64,000 nucleotides of DNA from Burkholderiaceae bacterium (lineage in GTDB: Bacteria; Pseudomonadota; Gammaproteobacteria; Burkholderiales; Burkholderiaceae_F): assembly GCA_035429805.1 (NCBI GenBank), contig DAOMFL010000003.1, positions 7,677-71,676 on the forward strand. The letters are read 5' to 3'. The position numbers were made by a program, and so were the translations under genes. The stretch's first letter is position 1; each line of letters begins with the position of its first letter. Below are positions 19,142 to 28,521 of this stretch, one piece after another. A model generated the notes under the pieces. It searched no databases and was not told the origin of the DNA. It worked only from the letters and a program-made list of their open reading frames with translations.

Positions 19142-21192
19142 TTGAGTATCCGGAACATGTTGTGATGCGCGTCGGTAAAGGTCGCGAGATCGGCCCGATC
19201 GCCGATCGGCGTGGTGACGTACCGCAGCGCGTCCGAATCGAGCAGCGCCCGGTTGCGCGTGACGAGGATCTGATCGGTCGCCGAGAGCCAGTACTGGGGG
19301 CCGTTGTCCTGGGCTGCGGGGATGTCCGAGACGACCACGGCCTCCATGCCCACCTCGCTCGCCAGACGCTTCACGACGGGCAGCAGGTCGATATAGCGAT
19401 TGGTCGCCTGGAACACGATGACGCCGTCCGGCGCCAGATGGCGCACATACAGCGCCATCGCTTCGCGCGTCACGAGATGCATCGGGATCGAATCCCCCGC
19501 AAAGGCGTCGACGCCCAGCACGTCGTATCGTCGCGGCGCCTCGCGCTCGAGTGAGAGCCTCCCGTCGCCGAGCACGACCTCGGTCTGTGCCGGCGTGTCG
19601 CGCAGGAACGTGAACTCCGTGTGCGCGACGTCGACGACACGCGGCGAGATCTCGTAGAACGTAAAAGTGTCGCCGGGCCGCCCGTACGAGGCGACGACGC
19701 CGGCGCCGAGGCCGATGATGCCGACCTTCCGCGGTCCGGGCTGCAGTTCGTTCAGGGCGGCGAACAGGCGCCCGTAGCCGGAGCCCGGCCCGAAGTAGTC
19801 GCTCGGCGTGTTCCGGTATGCCTCGCCGAGCAGCTGTCCGCCATGGATGATGCCGCCATGGAGCATCGCCCGGTACGGCACCGGGTCGGCGGAGTCGCGC
19901 GTGCGCACGACGCCGTAGAAATCGCGCTCCATCACGCGCAGGTCCCTTGCGTAGTAGTACGCACCCTCGATCGCGTAATAGGCTGTGGCGCCGACCACCG
20001 CGACGCCGATCAGACGCTTCCACCCGTCGAGCTGCAGCAGCACGAGCAGTGCCAGCAGCACCAGCGCGATGTTCACCTCGAAGTAGCCGCGCAAAGTCAG
20101 CGGAGCAATGATCGCGATCAGCACGGCGCCGAGGGCTCCGCCCACCGAGATCATCAGGTAGAACCGGGTCAGGTGGCGCGGGTCCGGACGCAGGCGCGCG
20201 AGTTCGCCGTGGCAGAACATGCACGCGACGAAAAGACCCGCGAAGAACACCGACGCGGCGAGCTTCAGGTTCAGCGAAGGAATCAGCCAGGCCATGGCCG
20301 GCACTGCAACGGCGACAGCCACCACGAACACCGTGCGCTGGTACCAGCGCGGGTGATCGAATGCCAGGACGAAGCTCAACAGGTAGAGCGAAAGTGGCAG
20401 CACCCACAGGAAGGGCACGCTCGCCACGTTCTGCGTCACATGGTTGGTGACGGCGAGCAGCATCACCGAGCCCATCGCCGCCAGCACCAGCCAGCGCAGC
20501 TGCAGCGCGAGCGCCGGAGCGGCACCACCGGCAGCTGCCGCGCCCCCAGCGACGACGTCTTCCAGCTCCGCCCCGCGCAGAGACAACCACGCCGTCGCGG
20601 CACAGATCAGCGCGAACAGCACGTACAGCGCGGACCAGATCCAGCCCAGCTGCGGCAGCGAGAGCCATGGTTCGAACAGCACGGGAAAGCCGAGCAGCGC
20701 GAGGAGCGACGCGAAGTTCGAAAGCGCAAACAGGCGATACGGCACCGCGGCCCTGAAGCGTCGCCAGTACCACGCCTGCAGCAGCGGCGTCGTCGTCGAA
20801 AGCAGGAAGTACGGCAGTCCGATCGTCGCCGTGAGCAGCAGCAGGATGCGCACGATCGGCGCTTCATCGCCCAGAGGCTTCCAGTCGGGCGACGCCAGGA
20901 TCGGCAGCGTGAGCAGCGAGACGGCGAGCAGGCCGACATGCAGCAGCGCCTGGCGGCGCGCGCCGAGCCGATGCGTGAGGTCGGCATAGGCGTAACCCGC
21001 CAGCAGCGTCGACTGGAAGAACACCAGCGCCGTGGTCCAGACGGCGGAGGAGCCGCCGAACCAGGGCAGGATCTGCTTGGCAATGATCGGCTGCACCAGG
21101 AACAGCAGGAATGCCGACAGGAAGATCGTGGTCGCGTAAGGAACCACGGCGGTCCGCGTGTTCAAGGGCACAGCCGATTCGATGGCAGACAT
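19138..21192 (-). CDS. Fused polytopic membrane protein / spermidine-synthase-like methyltransferase-fold protein
   Basis: 684 aa from ATG 21192. About a dozen hydrophobic helices, then VGIIGLGAGVVASY...VLGVDAFAGDSIPMHL (SpeE-like). The stop overlaps the glycerate kinase start (ATGA). Confidence 0.8.
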   Translation of the reverse strand: MSAIESAVPLNTRTAVVPYATTIFLSAFLLFLVQPIIAKQILPWFGGSSAVWTTALVFFQSTLLAGYAYADLTHRLGARRQALLHVGLLAVSLLTLPILASPDWKPLGDEAPIVRILLLLTATIGLPYFLLSTTTPLLQAWYWRRFRAAVPYRLFALSNFASLLALLGFPVLFEPWLSLPQLGWIWSALYVLFALICAATAWLSLRGAELEDVVAGGAAAAGGAAPALALQLRWLVLAAMGSVMLLAVTNHVTQNVASVPFLWVLPLSLYLLSFVLAFDHPRWYQRTVFVVAVAVAVPAMAWLIPSLNLKLAASVFFAGLFVACMFCHGELARLRPDPRHLTRFYLMISVGGALGAVLIAIIAPLTLRGYFEVNIALVLLALLVLLQLDGWKRLIGVAVVGATAYYAIEGAYYYARDLRVMERDFYGVVRTRDSADPVPYRAMLHGGIIHGGQLLGEAYRNTPSDYFGPGSGYGRLFAALNELQPGPRKVGIIGLGAGVVASYGRPGDTFTFYEISPRVVDVAHTEFTFLRDTPAQTEVVLGDGRLSLEREAPRRYDVLGVDAFAGDSIPMHLVTREAMALYVRHLAPDGVIVFQATNRYIDLLPVVKRLASEVGMEAVVVSDIPAAQDNGPQYWLSATDQILVTRNRALLDSDALRYVTTPIGDRADLATFTDAHHNMFRILK

Positions 21193-21426
21193 GCAGGCGG
21201 TCGACGACGTCGGGGCGAAGCCGCGATTATCGATGATCGCGAGTCCAGCCCGCGAAATCGGGGCACGGCAGGCGTGGCAGTCGCCGGCGTCGGATTGTCG
21301 GCATCGGGGCGACCGCACATTCGGCTGCGCGTATCTGCCGATCGTCCTAACGTTCAATCACGCCGCACGCCGGATCGCGGCGCAAGGAACCTACCCACTC
21401 CCCCACTCAGATGCAAGAGGTGATCC

Positions 21427-21618
21427 ATGAAACGCCATACAACCCAGAAGACAATCAGGGCCTCCATCGCGATCGCGGCCGCGGTGATCGTCGCCGCGCT
21501 TTCCGGCTGCGCCAGCCTGGGCGCCTGGAACTACGCCAATGAACAGGCCTCGCTCGCCGATTTCGGCGGCGGCGGCGGTGACGGCGGCGGCAGCGGCGAC
21601 AGCGGCGGCTCGTACTAG
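21427..21618 (+). CDS. Mini-lipoprotein with Gly/Asp/Ser-rich tail
   Basis: 63 aa, lipobox ALSGC, tail DFGGGGGDGGGSGDSGGSY. Confidence 0.45.
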   Translation: MKRHTTQKTIRASIAIAAAVIVAALSGCASLGAWNYANEQASLADFGGGGGDGGGSGDSGGSY

Positions 21619-21630
21619 ATCACGGAGGAA

Positions 21631-21660
21631 AGGCGTGCGTCCCTCCACGGAAGCACGCCT
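21631..21660. terminator. Possible bidirectional terminator hairpin between convergent genes
   Basis: AGGCGTGC ... GCACGCCT 8-bp stem with a 14-nt loop, between the mini-lipoprotein gene and cls. Confidence 0.35.
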
Positions 21661-21666
21661 GCTACC

Positions 21667-23094
21667 TCACAGCAGCGGACTCACCAGCCGCGTCAGGTTC
21701 TGCACCAGCTGTTCGTGGAATGGCCGCTGGCGCCAGGCCTCGAGATCGACGCGTTCGGACCCGCGCATGTAAGCCTCCTCGATCGCCTGCAGCCGCACGG
21801 CGATGTCGCGGCTGAAGAACAGCGCGATCACCTCCTCGTTCAGCTCGAACGAGCGCAGGTCCATGTTGCATGACCCGACCCACGCGATTTCGCCGTCCAC
21901 CGAAACCGCCTTGGTGTGCAGGAATGCCTCGTGATACGCATGGATCCTGACGCCCGCCTGCAGCAGTGACTCGTAGTAGGAGCGCTGGGCATTGGCTACC
22001 AGGAACTGGTCCTTGCGGTGATCGACGATCAGGTGCACCTCGACTCCGCGCTGCGCCGCGGTTTCCAGCGCCTCCTGCAGCGCCTGGCTCGGGATGAAGT
22101 ACGGCGTCGTGATGACGATGCGCCGGCGTGCCGCATAGACGAGGTTCACGACCATGCGCTGCGCGCGCTGCGTCGACGAGGCCGGACCGTTGGGAAGGAT
22201 CTGTGCCGGGCAGTCGCCGGCCGCCGGCACCGGTTGCAGTGCGGCTGCGCCGATGAAATCCTGCGTTTCCGCGTACCAGTCCGCGCCGAACACGAGCTGC
22301 AGCTGCACGGCTGTCGGCCCCTCGATCCGGACCACCAGTTCGCTGTATGTGAGCCCGGGCTTGAAGTCCGGGCTCACCATGTTCTGCGAACCGGTGTAGC
22401 CGATGCGGCCGTCGATCACGACGATCTTGCGATGGTTGCGCAGGTCGAGGCGCTCGGGCTTGCGCCAGCGGAATGGCAGCGACACGACGGCCTCGATCCC
22501 GAGGCCGCGCAGCTGCGGGATCACCGACGGGATCGAGGGCCGCGACCCGAACGCATCGATGAGGACCCGGCAGCGCACGCCGCGCTGCACGGCCCGCGCC
22601 ATCGCCTCGATGACCGGCTGCGTGCTGGAGTCGGCCTGGAATATGTAATAGCAGAGATGGACGGAGTACCGCGCGGCGTCGATGTCGGACGCGACGCGCG
22701 CCAGGATGGCCCGGTAATCAGTCAGCAGTTCAACCGCGTTGCCGCCCAGGTTGGGCAGCCGCGCGAGGTCGGTGGACAGCCTCGCGCTGGGTTCGTACAC
22801 GACGGGTATCGGCGGCGGCTCGATGCCGGGCAGCTGCGACAGTGATCCGCGCAACGGCTCGACCCGCGCAAGGAAGTCCTGCAGCCGCTCGACACGCCAG
22901 CGCGGCAGATGGGGCCGGCCGATCAGCAGGTAGGCCACCAGCCCCACCCATGGAAGAAAGAAGATCAGCAGCAGCCAGCCCTTGGCCGCCTCGGGCGAGC
23001 GCCGGGTCGGCACGATCGGCAGCATGACGAGCCGGATCGCCCAGTCGGCGACGATCGCGATCGTTCCCCATTGCAGTGAGGAGAGCTCAGCCAT
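21667..23094 (-). CDS. cls: Cardiolipin synthase (PLD superfamily)
   Basis: 475 aa, two N-terminal TM helices, two HKD motifs (HRKIVVIDGRIGYTGSQN; HTKAVSVDGEIAWVGSCN). Confidence 0.9.
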   Translation of the reverse strand: MAELSSLQWGTIAIVADWAIRLVMLPIVPTRRSPEAAKGWLLLIFFLPWVGLVAYLLIGRPHLPRWRVERLQDFLARVEPLRGSLSQLPGIEPPPIPVVYEPSARLSTDLARLPNLGGNAVELLTDYRAILARVASDIDAARYSVHLCYYIFQADSSTQPVIEAMARAVQRGVRCRVLIDAFGSRPSIPSVIPQLRGLGIEAVVSLPFRWRKPERLDLRNHRKIVVIDGRIGYTGSQNMVSPDFKPGLTYSELVVRIEGPTAVQLQLVFGADWYAETQDFIGAAALQPVPAAGDCPAQILPNGPASSTQRAQRMVVNLVYAARRRIVITTPYFIPSQALQEALETAAQRGVEVHLIVDHRKDQFLVANAQRSYYESLLQAGVRIHAYHEAFLHTKAVSVDGEIAWVGSCNMDLRSFELNEEVIALFFSRDIAVRLQAIEEAYMRGSERVDLEAWRQRPFHEQLVQNLTRLVSPLL

Positions 23095-23139
23095 GCGCTG
23101 ACGCGGCGCCGCGCCGCGCGCTCAGGTTCCTGACACCGC

Positions 23140-23898
23140 CTAGTGCCCGAGGATCTTCGACAGGAAATCCTTGGTGCGGTCGCTCTTCGGGTGGTCGAAG
23201 AACTCGTGCGGGTTGTTCTCCTCGACGATCTGACCCTGGTCCATGAAGATCACGCGGTCGGCGACGGCCTTGGCAAAGCCCATTTCGTGCGTGACACAGA
23301 GCATCGTTATGCCGTGCCCCGCCAGCTCGATCATCACGTCGAGCACTTCCTTGATCATCTCGGGGTCGAGCGCCGACGTCGGTTCGTCGAACAGCATCAC
23401 CTTGGGCTTCAGGCACAACGCGCGCGCAATGGCGACGCGCTGCTGCTGCCCGCCGGAAAGCTGCAATGGGTACTTGCCGGCCTGCTCGGAGATTCGCACG
23501 CGCTTCAGCTGCATCATCGCGCGCTCCTCGGCCTCGGCCTTCGGCATGCCGGTGACCCACATCGGCGCCAACGTCAGGTTCTGCAGCACCGTCAGGTGCG
23601 GGAACAGGTTGAACTGCTGGAACACCATGCCGACCTCACGGCGGATCTTTTCGATCGCCTTCACGTCATCGGTCATCTCGATGCCGTCGACCGTGAGCTT
23701 GCCCTCCTGGTATTCCTCCAGGCGGTTGATGCAGCGGATCAGCGTCGACTTGCCCGACCCGGACGGGCCGCAGATGACGATGCGCTCGCCCTTCTTCACG
23801 TGCAGGTCGATGTCACGCAGCACGTGAAAATTGTTCCCGTACCACTTGTTGACCTTGTCGAACGCGATGATGGGATGCTCTTGGTGCTGGGTCGTCAT
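23140..23898 (-). CDS. aapP: Amino-acid ABC transporter ATP-binding protein (AapP-like)
   Basis: 252 aa from ATG 23898. Walker [10 protein letters not shown], signature LSGGQQQR, Walker [11 protein letters not shown]. Confidence 0.9.
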   Translation of the reverse strand: MTTQHQEHPIIAFDKVNKWYGNNFHVLRDIDLHVKKGERIVICGPSGSGKSTLIRCINRLEEYQEGKLTVDGIEMTDDVKAIEKIRREVGMVFQQFNLFPHLTVLQNLTLAPMWVTGMPKAEAEERAMMQLKRVRISEQAGKYPLQLSGGQQQRVAIARALCLKPKVMLFDEPTSALDPEMIKEVLDVMIELAGHGITMLCVTHEMGFAKAVADRVIFMDQGQIVEENNPHEFFDHPKSDRTKDFLSKILGH

Positions 23899-23909
23899 GG
23901 TCCGACCTA

Positions 23910-25016
23910 TCAACGGGTCTTGCTGCGGTTGAGCTGCTTCTCCACCCAAAGGCTGTAGCGAGACATCGCGAAGCAGAAGATAAAGTAGATCAGCGTGATG
24001 AAAAGATAGCCCTCGATCTTGAAGGGGCGCCAGTCGGCGTCGGAGTTGAGCGCCAGTCCCAGGGAGCCCGTGAGCTCATACAGCGACACGATGGTCACGA
24101 GCGACGTGTCCTTGAAGATCGAGATGAAGTTGTTCATGATGCCTGGGATCACCATGGCCAGCGCCTGCGGCAGCACGATCTTGCGCTGCGTCTGCCAGTA
24201 GGTGAGGCCGAGCGAATCCGCGGCCTCGACCTGGCCCTTGGGAATCGCCTGCAGGCCACCGCGCACGATCTCGGCCATGTAGGCCGCGGCGAACAGCGTG
24301 ATGCCGACCAGCACGCGCACCAGCACGTCGACGGTGAGCCCCTGCGGCATGAACAGCGGAAACATGAAGCTCGCCATGAACAGCACCGAGATGAGCGGCA
24401 CGCCTCGGATCAGCTCGACATAGATCACGCAGAAGGTCCGGATCGCAGGCAGCTTGGAGCGACGCCCCAGCGCCACCAGCACAGAAATCGGGAAGGCCAG
24501 CACGATCGACAATGTCGCCAGCATGATCGTCAGCGGCAGACCACCCCAGCGGTCGGTGGTCACCACCGAGAGTCCTGCGACGCCGCCGTACATCAGCATG
24601 AAGAAGGCAGCCAGCACGGCGATCCACACGGGGACCAGCCAGGGCTTCCAGAATTTCCGGATGCACGAGAGCATCAGTAGGCCGACCAGCAGGCCGGTGG
24701 CGAGTTCGGGCCGCCATTGTTCCTCGAAGGGATAGCGGCCGAAGATGATCAACCTGTGCTTCTCGGCGATCACGCCCCAGCAGGCTCCCGCGCCGCGCGC
24801 CTGCTGGCAGACCTCGGCATTCGGCTGCAGCACGGCCTTGAAAATGGCCCAGCTGGCGAGCTGAGGCAGGTAATAGAGCGCCAGTCCGATCAGCACGGCC
24901 GACGTCAGCGAGCTCTTCCAGTCGCCAAACAGGTTCTTGCGCAGCCAGGCAACGAACCCGGCCTGGCGCACCGGCGGCGCGCGCGAGGGAATCGGCTGGA
25001 ACACCGCGGCCATCAT
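23910..25016 (-). CDS. aapM: Amino-acid ABC transporter permease (AapM-like)
   Basis: 368 aa, starts MMAAVFQP after AAGGAG. ATGA overlap with the upstream permease. The longer ORF 23910..25823 is shadow. Confidence 0.85.
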   Translation of the reverse strand: MMAAVFQPIPSRAPPVRQAGFVAWLRKNLFGDWKSSLTSAVLIGLALYYLPQLASWAIFKAVLQPNAEVCQQARGAGACWGVIAEKHRLIIFGRYPFEEQWRPELATGLLVGLLMLSCIRKFWKPWLVPVWIAVLAAFFMLMYGGVAGLSVVTTDRWGGLPLTIMLATLSIVLAFPISVLVALGRRSKLPAIRTFCVIYVELIRGVPLISVLFMASFMFPLFMPQGLTVDVLVRVLVGITLFAAAYMAEIVRGGLQAIPKGQVEAADSLGLTYWQTQRKIVLPQALAMVIPGIMNNFISIFKDTSLVTIVSLYELTGSLGLALNSDADWRPFKIEGYLFITLIYFIFCFAMSRYSLWVEKQLNRSKTR

Positions 25017-26203
25017 CTCTCCTTGATCGCAGCGCGCTTGTTGTACCAGTTCATGATCGCCGAGGTCGTCAGCGACGTTGTCAGGTACACGGCCATGATG
25101 ATTGCAATGCACTCGACCGCTCGGCCGGTCTGGTTGATCGCCGTGTTGGCGATCGACACCACGTCGGGATAACCGATCGCGACCGCCAGCGACGAGTTCT
25201 TGGTCAGATTCAGGTACTGGTTGGTCATCGGCGGGATGATCACGCGCATCGCCTGCGGCAAGATCACCAGCCGCATCGACTGGTTCTTCGACAGGCCGAG
25301 GCTCGAAGCCGCTTCCACTTGGCCATGCGAGACCGACTGAATTCCGGCGCGCACCACTTCGGCGACGAACGACGACGTGTAGAAGACGAGTCCGAGCAGC
25401 ACGGCCATGAACTCCGGCGTCACCGCGGCCCCGTCCTCGACCATGCCCTCGCCCTGGTGCGGCAGGTTCCACGCCGTCGGTGCGCCCCCGGCCGCCCACC
25501 CGATCACCGAGCATGCAATCACGATGCCGACCGGCACCCAGAACATGCTGCGCACATGTCCGGTCTGTTCGAACCTGCGCCGTGCCCAGCGACGGTAGAA
25601 CCAGGCCAGAAACAGGCCGACGGTGCCACCCACGGCCGCCAGCGCCTGCCCCAGGCCCCACACCGGCACCGGGTACTGGAAGCCGCCCTTGCTGAGAAAG
25701 AACAGACCAAACGCGCTGACCGGGTCGAATGGATCCGGCAGGATCTCGGTGAACACCAGGTACCACATCAGCAGCTGCAGCAGCACCGGGATGTTGCGGA
25801 ACAGTTCGACGTAGCCGTAGCACAGCCCGCGCACCAGCGCGTTATGTGAGAAACGGCCAACACCGAGCACGGTACCGAGGATCGTCGTCATCACGATGCC
25901 GATGATGGCGACCCGCAGCGTGTTGCCGATGCCGACGAGAAAAGCCTTCCAGTAAGGATCGAGCGCTTCGTAGTTGAACAGTGGCTCGCCGATGTCGAAA
26001 CCGGCAGGCGTCATCAGGAATCCGAAGCCGCTCTGGATGCCGCGCGCACGCATGTTCTCCAGCGTGTTGTGCGCGAGGAACCACGCCGCCAGCACGATCA
26101 ATGCGATCGCGACGATCTGGTAGACGAGGCCGCGGAAGGCCTGGCTGCGCCAGGACCAGTCACGCCGCTTTGGCGGGGCACGCCCCGGAACGGCCTGCGA
26201 CAC
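25013..26203 (-). CDS. aapQ: Amino-acid ABC transporter permease (AapQ-like)
   Basis: 396 aa, GTG start after GGAGGAGG, polytopic, typical HisM/GlnP-type C-terminal half. Confidence 0.85.
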   Translation of the reverse strand: MSQAVPGRAPPKRRDWSWRSQAFRGLVYQIVAIALIVLAAWFLAHNTLENMRARGIQSGFGFLMTPAGFDIGEPLFNYEALDPYWKAFLVGIGNTLRVAIIGIVMTTILGTVLGVGRFSHNALVRGLCYGYVELFRNIPVLLQLLMWYLVFTEILPDPFDPVSAFGLFFLSKGGFQYPVPVWGLGQALAAVGGTVGLFLAWFYRRWARRRFEQTGHVRSMFWVPVGIVIACSVIGWAAGGAPTAWNLPHQGEGMVEDGAAVTPEFMAVLLGLVFYTSSFVAEVVRAGIQSVSHGQVEAASSLGLSKNQSMRLVILPQAMRVIIPPMTNQYLNLTKNSSLAVAIGYPDVVSIANTAINQTGRAVECIAIIMAVYLTTSLTTSAIMNWYNKRAAIKER

Positions 26204-26320
26204 GTCGTTGCCTCCTCCGGTGAGACTTGGTCTTATTCTGCTCTGTGAAGCGGACGAACTCGCGTCCGCTTCGCAGAGCAGCCTGCGGCGCGAACCGCAG
26301 GCTGGCTCAGGCCACGTCCG

Positions 26321-27355
26321 TTAGCGCACCGGCGGCGCGTACATGATTCCGCCCTTGCTCCACAAGCTGTTGAGGCCGCGTGGCAGTTTGAGCCCGGAGT
26401 TCGGGCCCACATTGCGATCGAAGATCTCGCCGTAGTTTCCGGTAGCCTTGAGCGCGTTGACCATCCAGTTCTTGTCAAGCCCCATCAGCTTGCCGGTGTC
26501 TTCCGAAGTCCCAACGATCCGCATGACGACCGGGTCCTGGCTGGTCTTGACCATTTCGTCGACGTTCTTCTGGGTGATGCCGTACTCCTCGGCCTCGACC
26601 AGGCCGAACACGACCCACTTGACAATCGTGAACCACTCGTCGTCCCCGCGTCGGACCATCGGACCGAGCGGTTCCTTCGAGATCAGCGTCGGCAGGATCA
26701 TGTGCTCGTTCGGATCCTTCGCTTCCTTGTTGCGCACCGAAGCCAGGCCGGACGCGTCCGTCGTGTAGGCCTGGCAGCGCCCGGAGAAATAGGCACCGGT
26801 CGCAGCCTCGACCTTCTCGAACACGACCGGCTTGATGCCGAGATTGTTGCCGCGAGAGAAGTCCGTCAGGTTCTTTTCGGTCGTCGTGCCGGATTGAACG
26901 CAGACCGTCGCGCCCTTCAGATCCTTTGCATTTTTGATCTTCCCCTTGACCGGCACCATGAAGCCCTGGCCGTCATAGTAGGTCACGGCTGTGATAAACA
27001 TGCCGAGCGATGCATCGCGCGTCAGCGTGAAGGTGGTGTTGCGCGACAGCACGTCGACTTCGCCCGACTGCAGTGCAGTGAAGCGCTGCTGCGCATTCAG
27101 CGGCACGAACTTGATCTTGTTGCCGTCGCCAAGCACCGCGGCAGCGATCGCGCGGCAGATATCGACGTCGAGACCCGTCCAGTTGCCCTGGCTGTCGGCG
27201 GCCGAGAAGCCGGCGAGCCCGGTGTTGACCCCGCATATCACGCTGCCGCGCGCCTTGATGGCGTCCAGTGTCTTGCCCGCGTGCGCGGGTGCCGCGACCA
27301 GCGTTGCCGCGGCGACCAGTCCTCCGGCCAGGACCTTGCCTGCATTTCGAATCAT
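26321..27355 (-). CDS. aapJ: Periplasmic amino-acid-binding protein (AapJ-like)
   Basis: 344 aa from ATG 27355 (AAGGAG RBS). Signal peptide ...APAHA|GK. Family-3 solute-binding pattern. Confidence 0.85.
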   Translation of the reverse strand: MIRNAGKVLAGGLVAAATLVAAPAHAGKTLDAIKARGSVICGVNTGLAGFSAADSQGNWTGLDVDICRAIAAAVLGDGNKIKFVPLNAQQRFTALQSGEVDVLSRNTTFTLTRDASLGMFITAVTYYDGQGFMVPVKGKIKNAKDLKGATVCVQSGTTTEKNLTDFSRGNNLGIKPVVFEKVEAATGAYFSGRCQAYTTDASGLASVRNKEAKDPNEHMILPTLISKEPLGPMVRRGDDEWFTIVKWVVFGLVEAEEYGITQKNVDEMVKTSQDPVVMRIVGTSEDTGKLMGLDKNWMVNALKATGNYGEIFDRNVGPNSGLKLPRGLNSLWSKGGIMYAPPVR

Positions 27356-27528
27356 TCCTCTGCTCCTTTTCGAGAACCCCGCCCCGCGGGTGCGTGCGTT
27401 TTGCACGGTTTTCGTGCGCTTGGTCACGCCCGAATGGCTAATCTAGCGTACCCGGGCCAACTACGCACCTTTCGCGCCAATCCGGGTTTCGCCGGGGGCG
27501 GCGGCCATCGATCCGGGCCGCCGGGCGG

Positions 27529-28455
27529 TCAGCCCCCGATTTCGTCGCCGACCTTGTCGGTCGGGAACGTGAACTGCTCCCGCAGCAGCGGACTGACCGG
27601 AATGCCGAGCGTGACGCCTTTCGGCGGAATCGGCGAGTTGAACCACTTGCGGTAGAGCGCCGCGACTTCCCCGTCGATCATCGCGCGGGACAGCACGAGA
27701 TCGACGTACTTCTTGAACTCGGGGTCGTTGCGCCGGAGCATGATGGCGAGCGGTTCCACCGTCGTGAATTCGCCGACGACGCTCCACTGCCTGGGATCCT
27801 TGCTGTTGGCACGCAGCGCGAACAGCACGATGTCGTCATGCAGGTAGGCATCGGCGCGCTTCGCCTCGAGTTCCGCGAACGCGGCGTCGGCGTCCTTCGC
27901 TTCGATGACGCGCCCGTTGAACAGGCCTTTTTCCTGCGCGCGAGCCAGGAAGGCGGCGTGCGTGGAGCCGGCGTTGACGACGATGGTCCGGTCGCGCATG
28001 CCGGAGAGGCGCTCGATGCCGGAGTCGGCCCGCACCAGCAGCCGACCGCCGGCAAAGTAGTGCGTGACGGTGAAGGCGGCCTGCTTGCGACGCGCGGCGG
28101 TATTCGTCGTGTTGCCGCATTCGAGGTCGGCCTTGCCTTCGACGATCGCCGGAATACGCTGCGCGGGTGTCACCGCCAGGTACTCGACACGCAGGTTCGG
28201 CATCCTCAGGTCGCGCCGCAGCGCCTCTACGACGCGCAGGCACAGATCGAGCGCATAGCCGACCGGCCGCTTGCCGTCGTCAAGATAGGAAAACGGGATC
28301 GAGGATTCCCGGTGCGCCAGCGTGATGACGCCGGTGTCGCGGACCTTCTGCAGCGTGGGCGGCTGCTTCGGCGCGTCGGCGGTCTGCGCGTGAACCGTCA
28401 CGCAGGCCAAACATAAGATTGCGGCAACCGCCGCCTGCACCCTTCTGCTGCCCAT
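27529..28455 (-). CDS. Orphan periplasmic amino-acid (Glu/Asp-type) binding protein
   Basis: 308 aa, GGAGG RBS, signal peptide ...VTVHA|QT. GltI-like sequence (IPFSYLDDGKRPVGYALDLC). Confidence 0.8.
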   Translation of the reverse strand: MGSRRVQAAVAAILCLACVTVHAQTADAPKQPPTLQKVRDTGVITLAHRESSIPFSYLDDGKRPVGYALDLCLRVVEALRRDLRMPNLRVEYLAVTPAQRIPAIVEGKADLECGNTTNTAARRKQAAFTVTHYFAGGRLLVRADSGIERLSGMRDRTIVVNAGSTHAAFLARAQEKGLFNGRVIEAKDADAAFAELEAKRADAYLHDDIVLFALRANSKDPRQWSVVGEFTTVEPLAIMLRRNDPEFKKYVDLVLSRAMIDGEVAALYRKWFNSPIPPKGVTLGIPVSPLLREQFTFPTDKVGDEIGG

Positions 28456-28521
28456 CACTCACCTCCGGCCCAATGCGGCGGCGAGTGTAAGCCCGGCGCG
28501 ACGCGTGCAATCGCCGGAAAT

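Noticed and set aside
17852-20773. 973-aa ORF
   Set aside because: Glycerate-kinase similarity begins at MTAMTQVD (ATG 19141). The upstream 540 codons are an alternative (shadow) frame of the same-strand membrane/SpeE-like gene and are Arg/Ala-rich.
19621-21423. 600-aa plus-strand ORF
   Set aside because: It is antisense to the fused membrane/spermidine-synthase-like gene. It has an extreme Arg/Gln/His composition and no domain.
21571-21612. GGC/GGT/GAC/AGC codon repetition that looks like a tandem repeat
   Set aside because: It is in frame within the mini-lipoprotein ORF and encodes a Gly/Asp/Ser tail. It is not a CRISPR or satellite repeat.
23910-25823. 637-aa extension of the AapM-like permease
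   Set aside because: The N-terminal 270 codons overlap the AapQ-like gene in another frame. The true start MMAAVF follows AAGGAG and overlaps the upstream stop.
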